Shown here piece after piece: positions 1 through 7,892 of a DNA stretch of 54,493 nt. Made by a program: the position numbers and the translations under genes. A model generated the notes under the pieces. That model saw only the letters and a list, made by a program, of their open reading frames with translations, searched no databases and was not told the origin of the DNA. The stretch is from positions 1-54,493 of the IMG/VR virus record IMGVR_UViG_3300025528_000010. One strand, given 5' to 3'. Origin of the DNA: a virus. Lineage: Duplodnaviria > Caudoviricetes. The first letter of the stretch is position 1, and each line of letters opens with the position of its first letter.

Positions 1-132
1 CTCCTCCGGCGTCTCGGCGTCCTCGGCCTCGTAGATGGTCTGCGCACCACCCTTGAACCAGTCCGCCGGGTTGTAGTGCTCGTCGTAGGAGGTGAAGCCG
101 AATTCGATCTCGAGAGAGGCGGTGTCGGTCAT
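1..132 (-). CDS. hypothetical protein, N-terminal part (runs off the window edge)
   Basis: ATG at 132 preceded by AAGGAGA; open frame MTDTASLEIEFGFTSYDEHYNPADWFKGG... to the window edge; TTGACA on the - strand at 208-213. Confidence 0.6.
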   Translation of the reverse strand, partial: MTDTASLEIEFGFTSYDEHYNPADWFKGGAQTIYEAEDAETPEE

Positions 133-239
133 GTCGGGTCTCCTTACCCTGTCGCGCGGGGCCTATCCCCATCGCTTGTGTCCCTAAATTAGGACATGGG
201 ATTGGACTGTCAAGCGGGAAAATGCGGGGTGATGCAAAA

Positions 240-329
240 ATGGCTGACATGCTCCGTCGTCTCGTGATCGCGATACTGGCTGGCGTGGTGGTGATCTACG
301 CGGCCGGCGTGGTGGGCGCGGCCTGTTGA
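240..329 (+). CDS. putative 29-aa single-transmembrane peptide
   Basis: MADMLRRLVIAILAGVVVIYAAGVVGAAC*; GGGGTG upstream; below the ORF-track size cutoff. Confidence 0.35.
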   Translation: MADMLRRLVIAILAGVVVIYAAGVVGAAC

Positions 330-354
330 CGATGGCGGAGGAGCGCGGTATGGT
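326..354 (+). promoter_or_regulatory. sigma70-type promoter
   Basis: TTGACG-N17-TATGGT. Confidence 0.6.
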
Positions 355-360
355 CGAATT

Positions 361-484
361 GGTGTAAATGACTACAAGTGTCGAACATCCAATTGCCTTC
401 GCTCTCGGGATTGGCACTGACTCGCCCCGAGAGATGCCGGCAAGACCAACGGCCAGGGGTCCTACCCCTGGCCGTTTCTGTTTC
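361..484 (+). ncRNA. candidate small RNA (~120 nt)
   Basis: Lies between the promoter at 326-354 and the terminator at 448-484; internal stems TTGCC/GGCAA and CTCTCGGG/CCCGAGAG; the tracked ORFs here run through the terminator. Confidence 0.5.
448..484 (+). terminator. intrinsic terminator
   Basis: 13-bp stem AACGGCCAGGGGT-CCT-ACCCCTGGCCGTT followed by TCTGTTT. Confidence 0.7.
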
Positions 485-635
485 ACGCGGCGCCGTCTCG
501 GACATCCGGGGCGGCGCTTCCCGTTTCGGGGTCTACGTCATGGCAAGGGGCACGCCTCCTTACGGTGGCTGCCCGTCGCCGTAAGGTCGTCCTGCGAGAT
601 CGACTGATCGAACAGGTTGTCGCCGATGCCCCATC

Positions 636-680
636 GCATGTCAATGAAAGATTGACATGCCGATGTATGCGTGGCATATA
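636..680 (+). promoter_or_regulatory. promoter overlapped by tandem 19-bp operator-like palindromes
   Basis: GCATGTCAAT-GAAAG-ATTGACATGC inverted repeat; TTGACA at 652-657 with CATATA 17 nt downstream; second unit ends CGTGGCA (670-676). Confidence 0.6.
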
Positions 681-712
681 GCTGTTACCCCCAAACCGGA
701 GAACAGCATCAC

Positions 713-1600
713 ATGGCAGGTATCAAGGACATCGCGAAGGGTCGCAGCGACATCTACAGGGTTAGCCCATATGATCTGAGCGTCAAGCCTGGCTGGAACA
801 GCCGCGATCCCAATGACCCCAGCAACGCCGAGCACATCGACAACCTCGCCAGGTCGATTGCCGAACATGGCGTAAAGCAGCCCCTCACCATCTACCAGGA
901 GGATGGGAAGTTCTTCGTTGAGGATGGTCACTGTCGCCTCGAGGCCGCCCTTCGCGCCATCGAGCGCTACGGTGCCCAGAAGGACATGCTCATCCCCGTG
1001 CGGATGGGCGACAAGGAGGCCACCGAACAGGATCGCGTCCTCTCCCAGATCATCCGCAACTCGGGCAAGCCCCTCTCGCCTATTGAGATGGGTACGGTGT
1101 TCAAGACCCTGCGTAACCTCGGCATGTCGGACAGCGAGATTGCGCGGCGCTCGGCAGTGAGCCGCCCCTGGGTCAGCATGCTTGTCGATTTGGTCGACAT
1201 GCCGCCGGCAATCACCGACCTCGTCCGCAGCGGCGCCATATCCGCCACCCTGGCTATCGAAACGGTCAAGGACTTTGGCGGTGATGTCCAAGCCGCAGCG
1301 GAGGTGTTGCGCGGCGCAGTCGACGCGGCCAAGGCGAGCGGCAAGGATCGCGCGACGGCCAAGCACGTCAAGCTGGCGATGGAGTCCGAGGAGGGCTCTC
1401 AAGAGCCCAAGGAATCCAAGACGGCAGATGAGAGGAAGCCCTCGATGCGCGTGCGGTTGCGCGAGATCTTTCGCGACCTCAAGGACATCCATATCGATGG
1501 CAGCGGCTCCGTCACGGTGACATTCACTCCCGACACCTGGGCTGAGATCGTGGATCTCATCGGCGTCGAGATCGGCAAGGAGGATTCTGACATCATTTAA
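713..1600 (+). CDS. ParB/Srx-like N-terminal domain protein with HTH
   Basis: LARSIAEHGVKQPL, EDGHCRLEA, NSGKPLSPIE, then HTH (MSDSEIARRSAVSRPWV); GGAGA RBS before ATG 713. Confidence 0.85.
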   Translation: MAGIKDIAKGRSDIYRVSPYDLSVKPGWNSRDPNDPSNAEHIDNLARSIAEHGVKQPLTIYQEDGKFFVEDGHCRLEAALRAIERYGAQKDMLIPVRMGDKEATEQDRVLSQIIRNSGKPLSPIEMGTVFKTLRNLGMSDSEIARRSAVSRPWVSMLVDLVDMPPAITDLVRSGAISATLAIETVKDFGGDVQAAAEVLRGAVDAAKASGKDRATAKHVKLAMESEEGSQEPKESKTADERKPSMRVRLREIFRDLKDIHIDGSGSVTVTFTPDTWAEIVDLIGVEIGKEDSDII

Positions 1601-1638
1601 TGGCACGTTTACATTGCCCGATAAATCCATCCGTGTCA
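1601..1638. promoter_or_regulatory. paired 19-bp operator-like site
   Basis: TGGCACG-N24-CGTGTCA in the intergenic gap. Confidence 0.5.
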
Positions 1639-1659
1639 TACCAATAGGGGGAGAACAGC

Positions 1660-1989
1660 ATGGACACCAAGGTCTCGATTACCAGCGAGCATGAGCTTTC
1701 CGCGTTCGCGGCCCAGGCAGGCGTATTCTACGCAGCGCTCGAGAAGCTTGCCTCCGACTTGGAGGACCGGTTAGCGCGGACACGAGCGCTCCAACGACAG
1801 CTACGGCAGGACGTCGACCTGGTTGATGTTCTCAACGAGATGAAGAGCACCCCATCTCGCTCTCGACCAACCATCCCGATCAAGGGCACTAACCCGCTCG
1901 ACTCGTTCAACGGTATTGATGATCTGACCATCGCTCGCCGCCTCGCCCCAGAGCCAACTGATCATCAGGCGCAGGTTTACAAGCGTTGA
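1660..1989 (+). CDS. hypothetical protein (coiled-coil)
   Basis: GGGGGAGA RBS; fits operon packing. Confidence 0.7.
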   Translation: MDTKVSITSEHELSAFAAQAGVFYAALEKLASDLEDRLARTRALQRQLRQDVDLVDVLNEMKSTPSRSRPTIPIKGTNPLDSFNGIDDLTIARRLAPEPTDHQAQVYKR

Positions 1990-1996
1990 GAATGAG

Positions 1997-2467
1997 ATGT
2001 CCGCCCTGGATCGACAAATCGAGGGAACACACTACAAACAGTTCCCCATCCAGCCAGTCGAGCTTATCGCGGCCAACGGCTATGACTACTTCATTGGCAA
2101 CATTCTAAAGTATGTCTGCCGCTGGCGGTTCAAGGGCGGGCTTTCCGACCTGCAGAAAGCCCTGCACTACGCCGAGCTGCGACGAGACATAGCGCTTCAT
2201 CGTCATGAGAGTCCTGTTGTTGACCGTGTCGAGCGCATCATCGCCCGTCTCTGGCACTGGCGCATGTGCATCGCGAAGAGCCCTGAGAAGCGTTTCCCCA
2301 TCAGCATGAACACGTTCGTCGAGGTCAACGATATCCCACCATACGACGATCACATCCTCTATGCCCTGGATCAGTGGCACCGTCGGATGATCTCGGCCGA
2401 CCAGTTCATCGTAACGTTGCGCACCTTCATCAGGGTCCAGTTTCCAGATGTCGAACGGTCACCTTAA
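1997..2467 (+). CDS. DUF3310 domain protein (T7 gp1.7-like, putative nucleotide kinase)
   Basis: QIEGTHYK..IQPVE..GNILKYVCRWRFKGGLSDLQKALHY signature. Confidence 0.8.
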   Translation: MSALDRQIEGTHYKQFPIQPVELIAANGYDYFIGNILKYVCRWRFKGGLSDLQKALHYAELRRDIALHRHESPVVDRVERIIARLWHWRMCIAKSPEKRFPISMNTFVEVNDIPPYDDHILYALDQWHRRMISADQFIVTLRTFIRVQFPDVERSP

Positions 2468-2485
2468 ACGTGGAGAAGCGAACAA

Positions 2486-2785
2486 ATGGTACGTCGACTC
2501 GACGATGAAGACTTGATTGGTGGTGACGGACTCTCTGGTGGCGATAACGAGCACGGCGTTGCTTCCGAAGAGCTGCGACAGTTCGTCGAACGCATTGAGC
2601 GCCTCGAGGAGGAGAAGGCGGCCATCTCGAGCGACATCAAGGAGGTATACGCCGAGGCCAAGGGACGGGGCTTCGACACAAAGGTGATCCGCCGGATCAT
2701 CAGCATCCGCAAGAAGCCGCCGGAGGAGCGCCAGGAGGAAGAGGCGATCCTCGATCTCTACATGCAGGCCCTCGGCATGACGTGA
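2486..2785 (+). CDS. gapR: GapR/DUF2312 (UPF0335) nucleoid-associated protein
   Basis: [43 protein letters not shown]...[15 protein letters not shown]. Confidence 0.9.
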   Translation: MVRRLDDEDLIGGDGLSGGDNEHGVASEELRQFVERIERLEEEKAAISSDIKEVYAEAKGRGFDTKVIRRIISIRKKPPEERQEEEAILDLYMQALGMT

Positions 2786-2976
2786 GGAGCGTTCATGGAC
2801 AGAGAACCCTGTATTGCGAAGTGACCAGGACGACGGACGACGCAGTTCTCGTCGAGTACAGGGACGAAGAGTTCTGGGTGCCTCGTTCCGTGTGCCTCGC
2901 TGGTGATCAGATTGAGGAAGGCGACACGGAGATCATCATCGCCAATTGATGGCTGCAAGCCAAAGGTATCATCTGA
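2782..2976 (+). pseudogene. small phage protein interrupted by an in-frame TGA at 2947-2949
   Basis: GTG overlaps the gapR stop; reads ...TDDAVLVEYRDEEFWVPRSV...IIIAN*WLQAKGII*; the second stop overlaps the next ATG (TGATG). Confidence 0.55.
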
Positions 2977-3365
2977 TGCGTCTAGTGGTCATTGAAAGTC
3001 CTTTTGCCGGGGACGCGCCGACTCGTCTCCGCAACATCGCCTATCTGCGTGCGGCAATGCGTGACTGCCTAATGCGTGGGGAGGCGCCGTTCGCGAGCCA
3101 CGGCCTCTACACGCAGATCGGCGTCCTCGACGACGACGTTCCGAGTGAGCGAGCCCTCGGAATCAGCGCGGGCTTCCATTGGGGAGCCAAGGCGGACGCC
3201 ACAGTCGTGTACTCAGATCTCGGTATCACTGAGGGGATGCGTGCTGGCATTGCGAACGCCATCTCCCTCGGACGCCCTGTCGAGTACCGGAGCCTACCAG
3301 AGTGGGCCATCGTGGGAACGTCAAATGAGCCTCGAATACCGCATCCTACGCGCCATTCGTCGTAG
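2976..3365 (+). CDS. conserved phage protein, nucleoside 2-deoxyribosyltransferase-like fold (DUF7768-like)
   Basis: MRLVVIESPFAGD..RGEAPFASHGLYTQ..LDD..ER..DLGITEGM. Confidence 0.7.
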   Translation: MRLVVIESPFAGDAPTRLRNIAYLRAAMRDCLMRGEAPFASHGLYTQIGVLDDDVPSERALGISAGFHWGAKADATVVYSDLGITEGMRAGIANAISLGRPVEYRSLPEWAIVGTSNEPRIPHPTRHSS

Positions 3366-3543
3366 TGATTTGATCCACCTAAGCCTTCACCGGAAGTACG
3401 ACGACACGACATGGACAGCCGGTGTGATGAGGCGTGGACAGTACATCGTCCAATACGTGGAGGACGTCGATCCGCTTGAGGCTCTTTCCAAGGCGATCTC
3501 CACTATCCCGGAGAAAAGAACAGTCAATGACGATATCATCTAG
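3325..3543 (+). CDS. hypothetical protein (paralogue of 3761-4033)
   Basis: MSLEYRILRAIRRSDLIHLSL...DPLEALSKAI...DDII. Confidence 0.65.
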   Translation: MSLEYRILRAIRRSDLIHLSLHRKYDDTTWTAGVMRRGQYIVQYVEDVDPLEALSKAISTIPEKRTVNDDII

Positions 3544-3552
3544 AGACGCTAT

Positions 3553-3825
3553 ATGCGACTTGACGAAATAACACTCAGGAATATTCCCGTCATCATCAAG
3601 CTACTCGAGCAGATGGGGAATATACATCGCCTAATAAATGCCGTTGAGGAGGGGGATTTCGCCATATCCATCCAGGGCGAATACGTCGACGCGGTCGTTT
3701 ATTACACGAGCCTGCATAAGATAAAGAAGATCCTCATCGATAACTTGTCTGGTCAGCTCGATGTCATTACGCAGGAACTACAAGCCTACGGCATCAAGTT
3801 CTCCGAGCCTGGAGGAACTTCTTAG
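3553..3825 (+). CDS. hypothetical protein
   Basis: ORF packed between neighbours; GAGA upstream. Confidence 0.6.
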   Translation: MRLDEITLRNIPVIIKLLEQMGNIHRLINAVEEGDFAISIQGEYVDAVVYYTSLHKIKKILIDNLSGQLDVITQELQAYGIKFSEPGGTS

Positions 3826-4033
3826 ACGCGCGGTTAATGGAGGGGTGCTCAATCATATTAGCCTCTCTCCCGATGCGAAAAACCCGATGCTTTGGTGCGT
3901 CATCTTTCGCGACGTGCTGGGATTTCAACCTGCAAGGTACTTCTATCATGCTGACCCCGTTGAGGTTATGCGCCAAGCCTTACTCGATTCCATCAAAAGT
4001 AACCGCATCGACCGATACGATGACATTGTCTGA
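3761..4033 (+). CDS. hypothetical protein (paralogue of 3325-3543; start uncertain)
   Basis: SLEELLRRAVNGGVLNHISL...DPVEVMRQAL...DDIV. Confidence 0.55.
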   Translation: MSLRRNYKPTASSSPSLEELLRRAVNGGVLNHISLSPDAKNPMLWCVIFRDVLGFQPARYFYHADPVEVMRQALLDSIKSNRIDRYDDIV

Positions 4034-4059
4034 TGTCACCCTTTCCGTGACTTGACAAT
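4034..4059. promoter_or_regulatory. 19-bp operator-like site overlapping TTGACA
   Basis: TGTCACC-CTTTC-CGTGACT followed by TGACAAT. Confidence 0.5.
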
Positions 4060-4073
4060 ATGAGGTTTTCGCT

Positions 4074-4277
4074 ATGTCACTGGTTGAAGTGCTGCGACCA
4101 GAGTTAGAGCGTACTGGCCTACCATGGAGGATAGAGAACGGGCGTCGGCACAAGAAGATCATACTCGCCGGCCAATTGGTCGGGATCATTCCAATGTCTG
4201 GCAAGGGTTCACTAGGGCGAAGGTGCCGCGTACTCCTCAACATCAGATCCCAGATACGACGTGCCGCCCGAGGCTGA
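4074..4277 (+). CDS. hypothetical protein, possibly HicA-like fold
   Basis: GAGG RBS; small and basic with WRIENGRRHKKI (G-x-x-H) motif. Confidence 0.55.
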   Translation: MSLVEVLRPELERTGLPWRIENGRRHKKIILAGQLVGIIPMSGKGSLGRRCRVLLNIRSQIRRAARG

Positions 4278-4278
4278 C

Positions 4279-5511
4279 ATGCGACTCAATCTCTACTATG
4301 GCGACTGTCGCGACATTCTTCGTTCGCTCATCGAGCGCGGCGTTCGTGTTCACTCGGTCGTCACTGACCCTCCCTACCATCTTGAGTCTGTCGTCAAGCG
4401 CTTCGGCCGCGACAATGCCAAAGGCGCCCGCTTCGGCAAGGATGGTCGTTTCGCTCGCCAGTCGCGAGGCTTCATGGGGAAGCTCTGGGACGGCGCCGAC
4501 AAAGACGGCACGCGGATCGCGCAAGACCCCGCATTCTGGCGCGGCGTCTACGATGTCCTCCTGCCGGGAGGGTACGTTGTTTCCTTCTCCTCGGCCCGAA
4601 CGGGACATTGGCAAGCCGTCGCAATGGAGATGGCCGGGTTCATCATGCACCCGTTCATCGGTTGGGTGTACGGCTCGGGATTCCCAAAGGGTCACAGCGC
4701 CGAGAGGGCGCTAGGAGACGCACCGGAGGCCGAGCGGTGGCGCGGATGGTATTACGGCACGCAGAGCCGTAAGCCCGCCATCGAGCCGATCTACGTGGCG
4801 CAGAAGCCGTTCTCGGAGAAGAACTGCGCCCTCAACATCCTTCGCCATGGCGTTGGCCCCGTGAATATCGACGGTTGCCGCGTGCCCGCAGAGGGTCGCC
4901 CGCTGCGCGTCGGGGACTACAAGGATACAAAAAACAACGTCTATTCTGGTCGGCTTGATGGCTCGATGGCTGGCGGCTCGAAGGCAGCGGGAACGACAGA
5001 CCTCGGTCGGTGGCCCGCCAATCTCATTCACGATGGGTCTGATGAGGTGGTCTCCTTGTTCCCGGATGCCCCAGGTCAACTTGCCGCTTCATCCACGAAC
5101 CCAAACTCGTCGAAGACCAGGAATGTCTACGGGCACTACAACGTCCCGCAGGCATCGATGCATCCAAGAAAAGACAGCGGTTCCGCCGCTCGCTTTTTCG
5201 AGAGCTACCCCTTTGATGGGGAGCCGTTGATCTACTGCTCAAAAGCATCGAGGAGTGACCGCGCCGGTTCTAAGCATCCAACTGTCAAGCCCATAAAACT
5301 GCTACAGGCCCTCATCCGACACGTCACTCCTCCGCATGGAATCGTATTGGACCCCTTTGCGGGATCCGGGACGACTGCCGAGGCGGCCATCCGCGAAGGA
5401 GTTGACTGCATCCTGATCGAGCGTGACCCAGAATATGTCGCTGACATCGAGCGGCGGTTCGGTCTCTGGACAGATGCCCATGAATATTTGGAAAGGATTG
5501 GGGTCCTATAG
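4279..5511 (+). CDS. orphan DNA amino-methyltransferase (N6-A/N4-C, beta class)
   Basis: GDC..VVTDPPY (motif IV) near the N-terminus; HPTVKP..VLDPFAGSGTT (motif I) near the C-terminus. Confidence 0.92.
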   Translation: MRLNLYYGDCRDILRSLIERGVRVHSVVTDPPYHLESVVKRFGRDNAKGARFGKDGRFARQSRGFMGKLWDGADKDGTRIAQDPAFWRGVYDVLLPGGYVVSFSSARTGHWQAVAMEMAGFIMHPFIGWVYGSGFPKGHSAERALGDAPEAERWRGWYYGTQSRKPAIEPIYVAQKPFSEKNCALNILRHGVGPVNIDGCRVPAEGRPLRVGDYKDTKNNVYSGRLDGSMAGGSKAAGTTDLGRWPANLIHDGSDEVVSLFPDAPGQLAASSTNPNSSKTRNVYGHYNVPQASMHPRKDSGSAARFFESYPFDGEPLIYCSKASRSDRAGSKHPTVKPIKLLQALIRHVTPPHGIVLDPFAGSGTTAEAAIREGVDCILIERDPEYVADIERRFGLWTDAHEYLERIGVL

Positions 5512-5602
5512 TCAGAATCCGTCTCCGCCCTTTCGGGGGAGTCAAACAGTGTTCAAGGAAACACGGAGCCGAAAACAAATGCTGTTTAGGGACGAGAGCG
5601 CA

Positions 5603-5887
5603 ATGATCGAGACCCACGTGTCAGATCTTCCTTTCGTGGCGACGGCGGCTGATGGTCGCGTTATTTCCTATTGGCATGTTACACCGCGAGGTGATTGGTG
5701 CGAGGACTGCCGCATCGGCCACAAATACGCTGATTTGTTTGTTGAGTTTATGAGGGACGGAGATCGGCCCTTCCTTCTGCAACGGGTGATGGAGGACCTC
5801 GTGAGATCTGGAAAGAAAAGCGGAGTGGAGGTTGGTTTTTTGCACTGGATGAGCGTGCTGGCAATCAGAGGGAGTTTAGCAGCTTAA
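5603..5887 (+). CDS. hypothetical protein
   Basis: GAGAG RBS; MIETHVSDLPFV...; converges on the lysis genes. Confidence 0.6.
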   Translation: MIETHVSDLPFVATAADGRVISYWHVTPRGDWCEDCRIGHKYADLFVEFMRDGDRPFLLQRVMEDLVRSGKKSGVEVGFLHWMSVLAIRGSLAA

Positions 5888-6233
5888 CCAGTTTGCCCCA
5901 ATAATAATATAATGCGTCTCCGATAGTGACGCCGAGGGCGGTCGCCGCAAGACCAACGGCGGTGATGAAACCGATTCCCCGATTACGCATTGTCTTGACG
6001 AACTCGACCGTCGGCCGAACCGTATCTTCGGAGTATGTCTGCAGTAACTTCACGGACGCCTCGACATTGGCGAGGCGTTCAATTGCATCGTCCAGGCGGA
6101 CGTGAACCTTCGTGCGGTAATCGCGAGAGGTGTCCTCGTACCTCTCGAAATCACGGCGAAGAGCCTCAACTTGGGCGGTCAGAGACCCAATAGCAGAGTT
6201 TAGCTGTGCGAAGTCGGCCGACGTTATTTCCAT
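5865..6233 (-). CDS. coiled-coil protein with C-terminal TM helix (holin-like or lysis accessory)
   Basis: GGAGG RBS; coiled coil followed by GIGFITAVGLAATALGVTI; last gene of the lysis cassette. Confidence 0.6.
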   Translation of the reverse strand: MEITSADFAQLNSAIGSLTAQVEALRRDFERYEDTSRDYRTKVHVRLDDAIERLANVEASVKLLQTYSEDTVRPTVEFVKTMRNRGIGFITAVGLAATALGVTIGDALYYYWGKLVKLLNSL

Positions 6234-6235
6234 AG

Positions 6236-6469
6236 TCACGGCCTCCACCCGCACCACTTCTCACCGAAGCTGTTATGAGCGTCCATCTCGATCTTCTGCT
6301 CGAGGCTGAACCGCTCGTAATCCTCGGCCGTCGGACGCAAAGGCTTGTTGGTGAGACACCAGGCATTGTCACCAGCAGGCGCTCTACTGGCGCAACCACC
6401 GACGATTCCTGCGGTCAAGCTCAGACTCAGGGCGACGACCAGACGCTTCTTGATGCCTGCGGTAGTCAT
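6236..6469 (-). CDS. o-spanin (Rz1-like lipoprotein); start uncertain
   Basis: Signal peptide with lipobox IVGGC; two further Cys; overlaps the 3' part of the i-spanin gene. Confidence 0.65.
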   Translation of the reverse strand: MTTAGIKKRLVVALSLSLTAGIVGGCASRAPAGDNAWCLTNKPLRPTAEDYERFSLEQKIEMDAHNSFGEKWCGWRP

Positions 6470-6680
6470 CGACGAACTCCCTGTTGCGCCGTGCTTGCTC
6501 CTCTTCGCGGGCTTGCCAGCCAATCTGTCGCCCTCGTCTGTCGACGATTGCCAAGATCACGGCAATAGCGATGCCAACTGCGGCACGAGGGCCGATATAG
6601 ACCCAGCCAAGGGCGACGGCTGCGCCACCAACCGCGATCCATGCCCACCAGGGTATGCTATATCCCAACCAGTCCATCAC
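6384..6680 (-). CDS. i-spanin (Rz-like)
   Basis: N-terminal hydrophobic segments plus charged coiled coil, directly after the endolysin. Confidence 0.65.
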   Translation of the reverse strand: MMDWLGYSIPWWAWIAVGGAAVALGWVYIGPRAAVGIAIAVILAIVDRRGRQIGWQAREEEQARRNREFVDDYRRHQEASGRRPESELDRRNRRWLRQ

Positions 6681-7522
6681 AGAGGATCGATAGCTTCATG
6701 GAGCTTGCGGGCCTTACGCTGAGCCCACAGCCGGTACCCGATGCCTGCGAGCGTCAAGGCGACACCTGTAATCGTGAGGACGACAACAACGCTGTCGATA
6801 AGGCCGCCGTCCCCTGCCAGGGGTAGCAGAGCCTGCTTGGCCTCGTTGATGACTTGAGACCCGCCAGCGATGGTGATGCCGCCGCCCGTGACAACATCGG
6901 CTCCCCCGACCGCAGGCGGCGCCTTGGCGTCTGTCGCGAGAGCCCGCTGATTGCCACCCTCGTGCCACGTAACTGCTGGGCCGACGCTCCCGCGAGCCCA
7001 TGCCTGGCCGACCTGCAGCACGTCGTTGACGCGCGCCGTCCACCCATTCCCATAGAACTTCCACGTTTTCAGTGAGCGCAGGAATGCCATACGCCGCTCG
7101 ATGATGCGCTCGATTAGGATATCGTGGTCCTCGAAGCGACGGAGGGCCGTCAAGGTCAGTTCGCCGACTATCCCGTCGACTGTGCCCTCGTAAAGGGACC
7201 CAAGGGACCGTTGCAGCCACTTCACCGACTGCGTCGGCCCAGAGTTAACAGCGCCGTCGAAAACCACATAGGCCACGCCAGGAGGGAGCGAGTCTCCCTT
7301 GATGACATCCCAATACTGCCGACGGTAGATCTCGTCCCGCTCAGCATCTTCCATCAAGAAGACATCGCGGAGCGCCCGTTTCTTCGACTGGCGGTATGCG
7401 TCGTAGACTCGCTGTGTGATGCCCTGGTTGGTACGACCACCAGGGTCGTTCTTGTCATGGACCTTCCCGCCCTCGTGGACGAGGACCTTCTTGAGCGCTC
7501 GATGGAAGTTCGATTGACTCAC
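6677..7522 (-). CDS. endolysin, glycoside hydrolase family 108 with peptidoglycan-binding domain and C-terminal hydrophobic segments
   Basis: HEGG..DKNDPGGRTNQGIT; VFDGAVNSGP; DGIVGELTL; YGNGWTARV; GTG start with GGAG RBS. Confidence 0.9.
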   Translation of the reverse strand: MSQSNFHRALKKVLVHEGGKVHDKNDPGGRTNQGITQRVYDAYRQSKKRALRDVFLMEDAERDEIYRRQYWDVIKGDSLPPGVAYVVFDGAVNSGPTQSVKWLQRSLGSLYEGTVDGIVGELTLTALRRFEDHDILIERIIERRMAFLRSLKTWKFYGNGWTARVNDVLQVGQAWARGSVGPAVTWHEGGNQRALATDAKAPPAVGGADVVTGGGITIAGGSQVINEAKQALLPLAGDGGLIDSVVVVLTITGVALTLAGIGYRLWAQRKARKLHEAIDPL

Positions 7523-7583
7523 TGCACGGACTCCAGGGCAGCAAGGCGAGTTGCGAGGGCCTCGACGGGCCTCCTGAGAATTG

Positions 7584-7608
7584 GATTGGCACGTTTTACG
7601 TGCCAATC
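7584..7608. promoter_or_regulatory. 19-bp operator-like palindrome upstream of the lysis genes
   Basis: GATTGGCACGT-TTT-ACGTGCCAATC, perfect inverted repeat. Confidence 0.65.
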
Positions 7609-7612
7609 AACC

Positions 7613-7891
7613 CTAGTATTTCATGACCACGAGGTCAACGGTCGTATCGGTGCCATGAGCCTTGACATAGACGTTGGCATCTTGCGGAAGACCTGATGCC
7701 GTGAACTCGCTCGGCGTCAGATCCGTTTGGCGGCCAATGATGATGCCGGCCGCGTCTATATCGGGATCGCTTGTACCAATGTGGACCATGATCTGGGAGG
7801 TTCCTGTAAGCTGGATGCCAACATTGGCCTCCCCCTGCGTGACCTGCGTCCAAGATGTCGCGTTGACCTGAAATCGCTCGGTGCTCGCCAT
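7613..7891 (-). CDS. small beta-rich virion-associated protein
   Basis: MASTERFQVNATSWTQV...; follows the fibre genes. Confidence 0.65.
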   Translation of the reverse strand: MASTERFQVNATSWTQVTQGEANVGIQLTGTSQIMVHIGTSDPDIDAAGIIIGRQTDLTPSEFTASGLPQDANVYVKAHGTDTTVDLVVMKY

Positions 7892-7892
7892 G

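Noticed and set aside
1601-1617. TGGCACG motifs as sigma54 promoters
   Set aside because: The GG-N10-GC spacing is not met (N12 here), and the motif is palindromic with TGTCACG variants
641-1639. Long antisense ORFs (for example 641-1639 -, 17400-18278 +, 18294-19289 +, 29946-30974 +, 31619-32575 +)
   Set aside because: They are shadows of GC-rich genes with recognisable products on the opposite strand and show no motifs of their own
2947-2949. Genome-wide TGA recoding
   Set aside because: Many well-defined genes end in TGA, often overlapping the next start codon; only one internal TGA was found
5520-5600. LexA box upstream of the 5603 gene
   Set aside because: GTTC/AAAC-type words are present but do not form the alphaproteobacterial GTTC-N7-GTTC repeat
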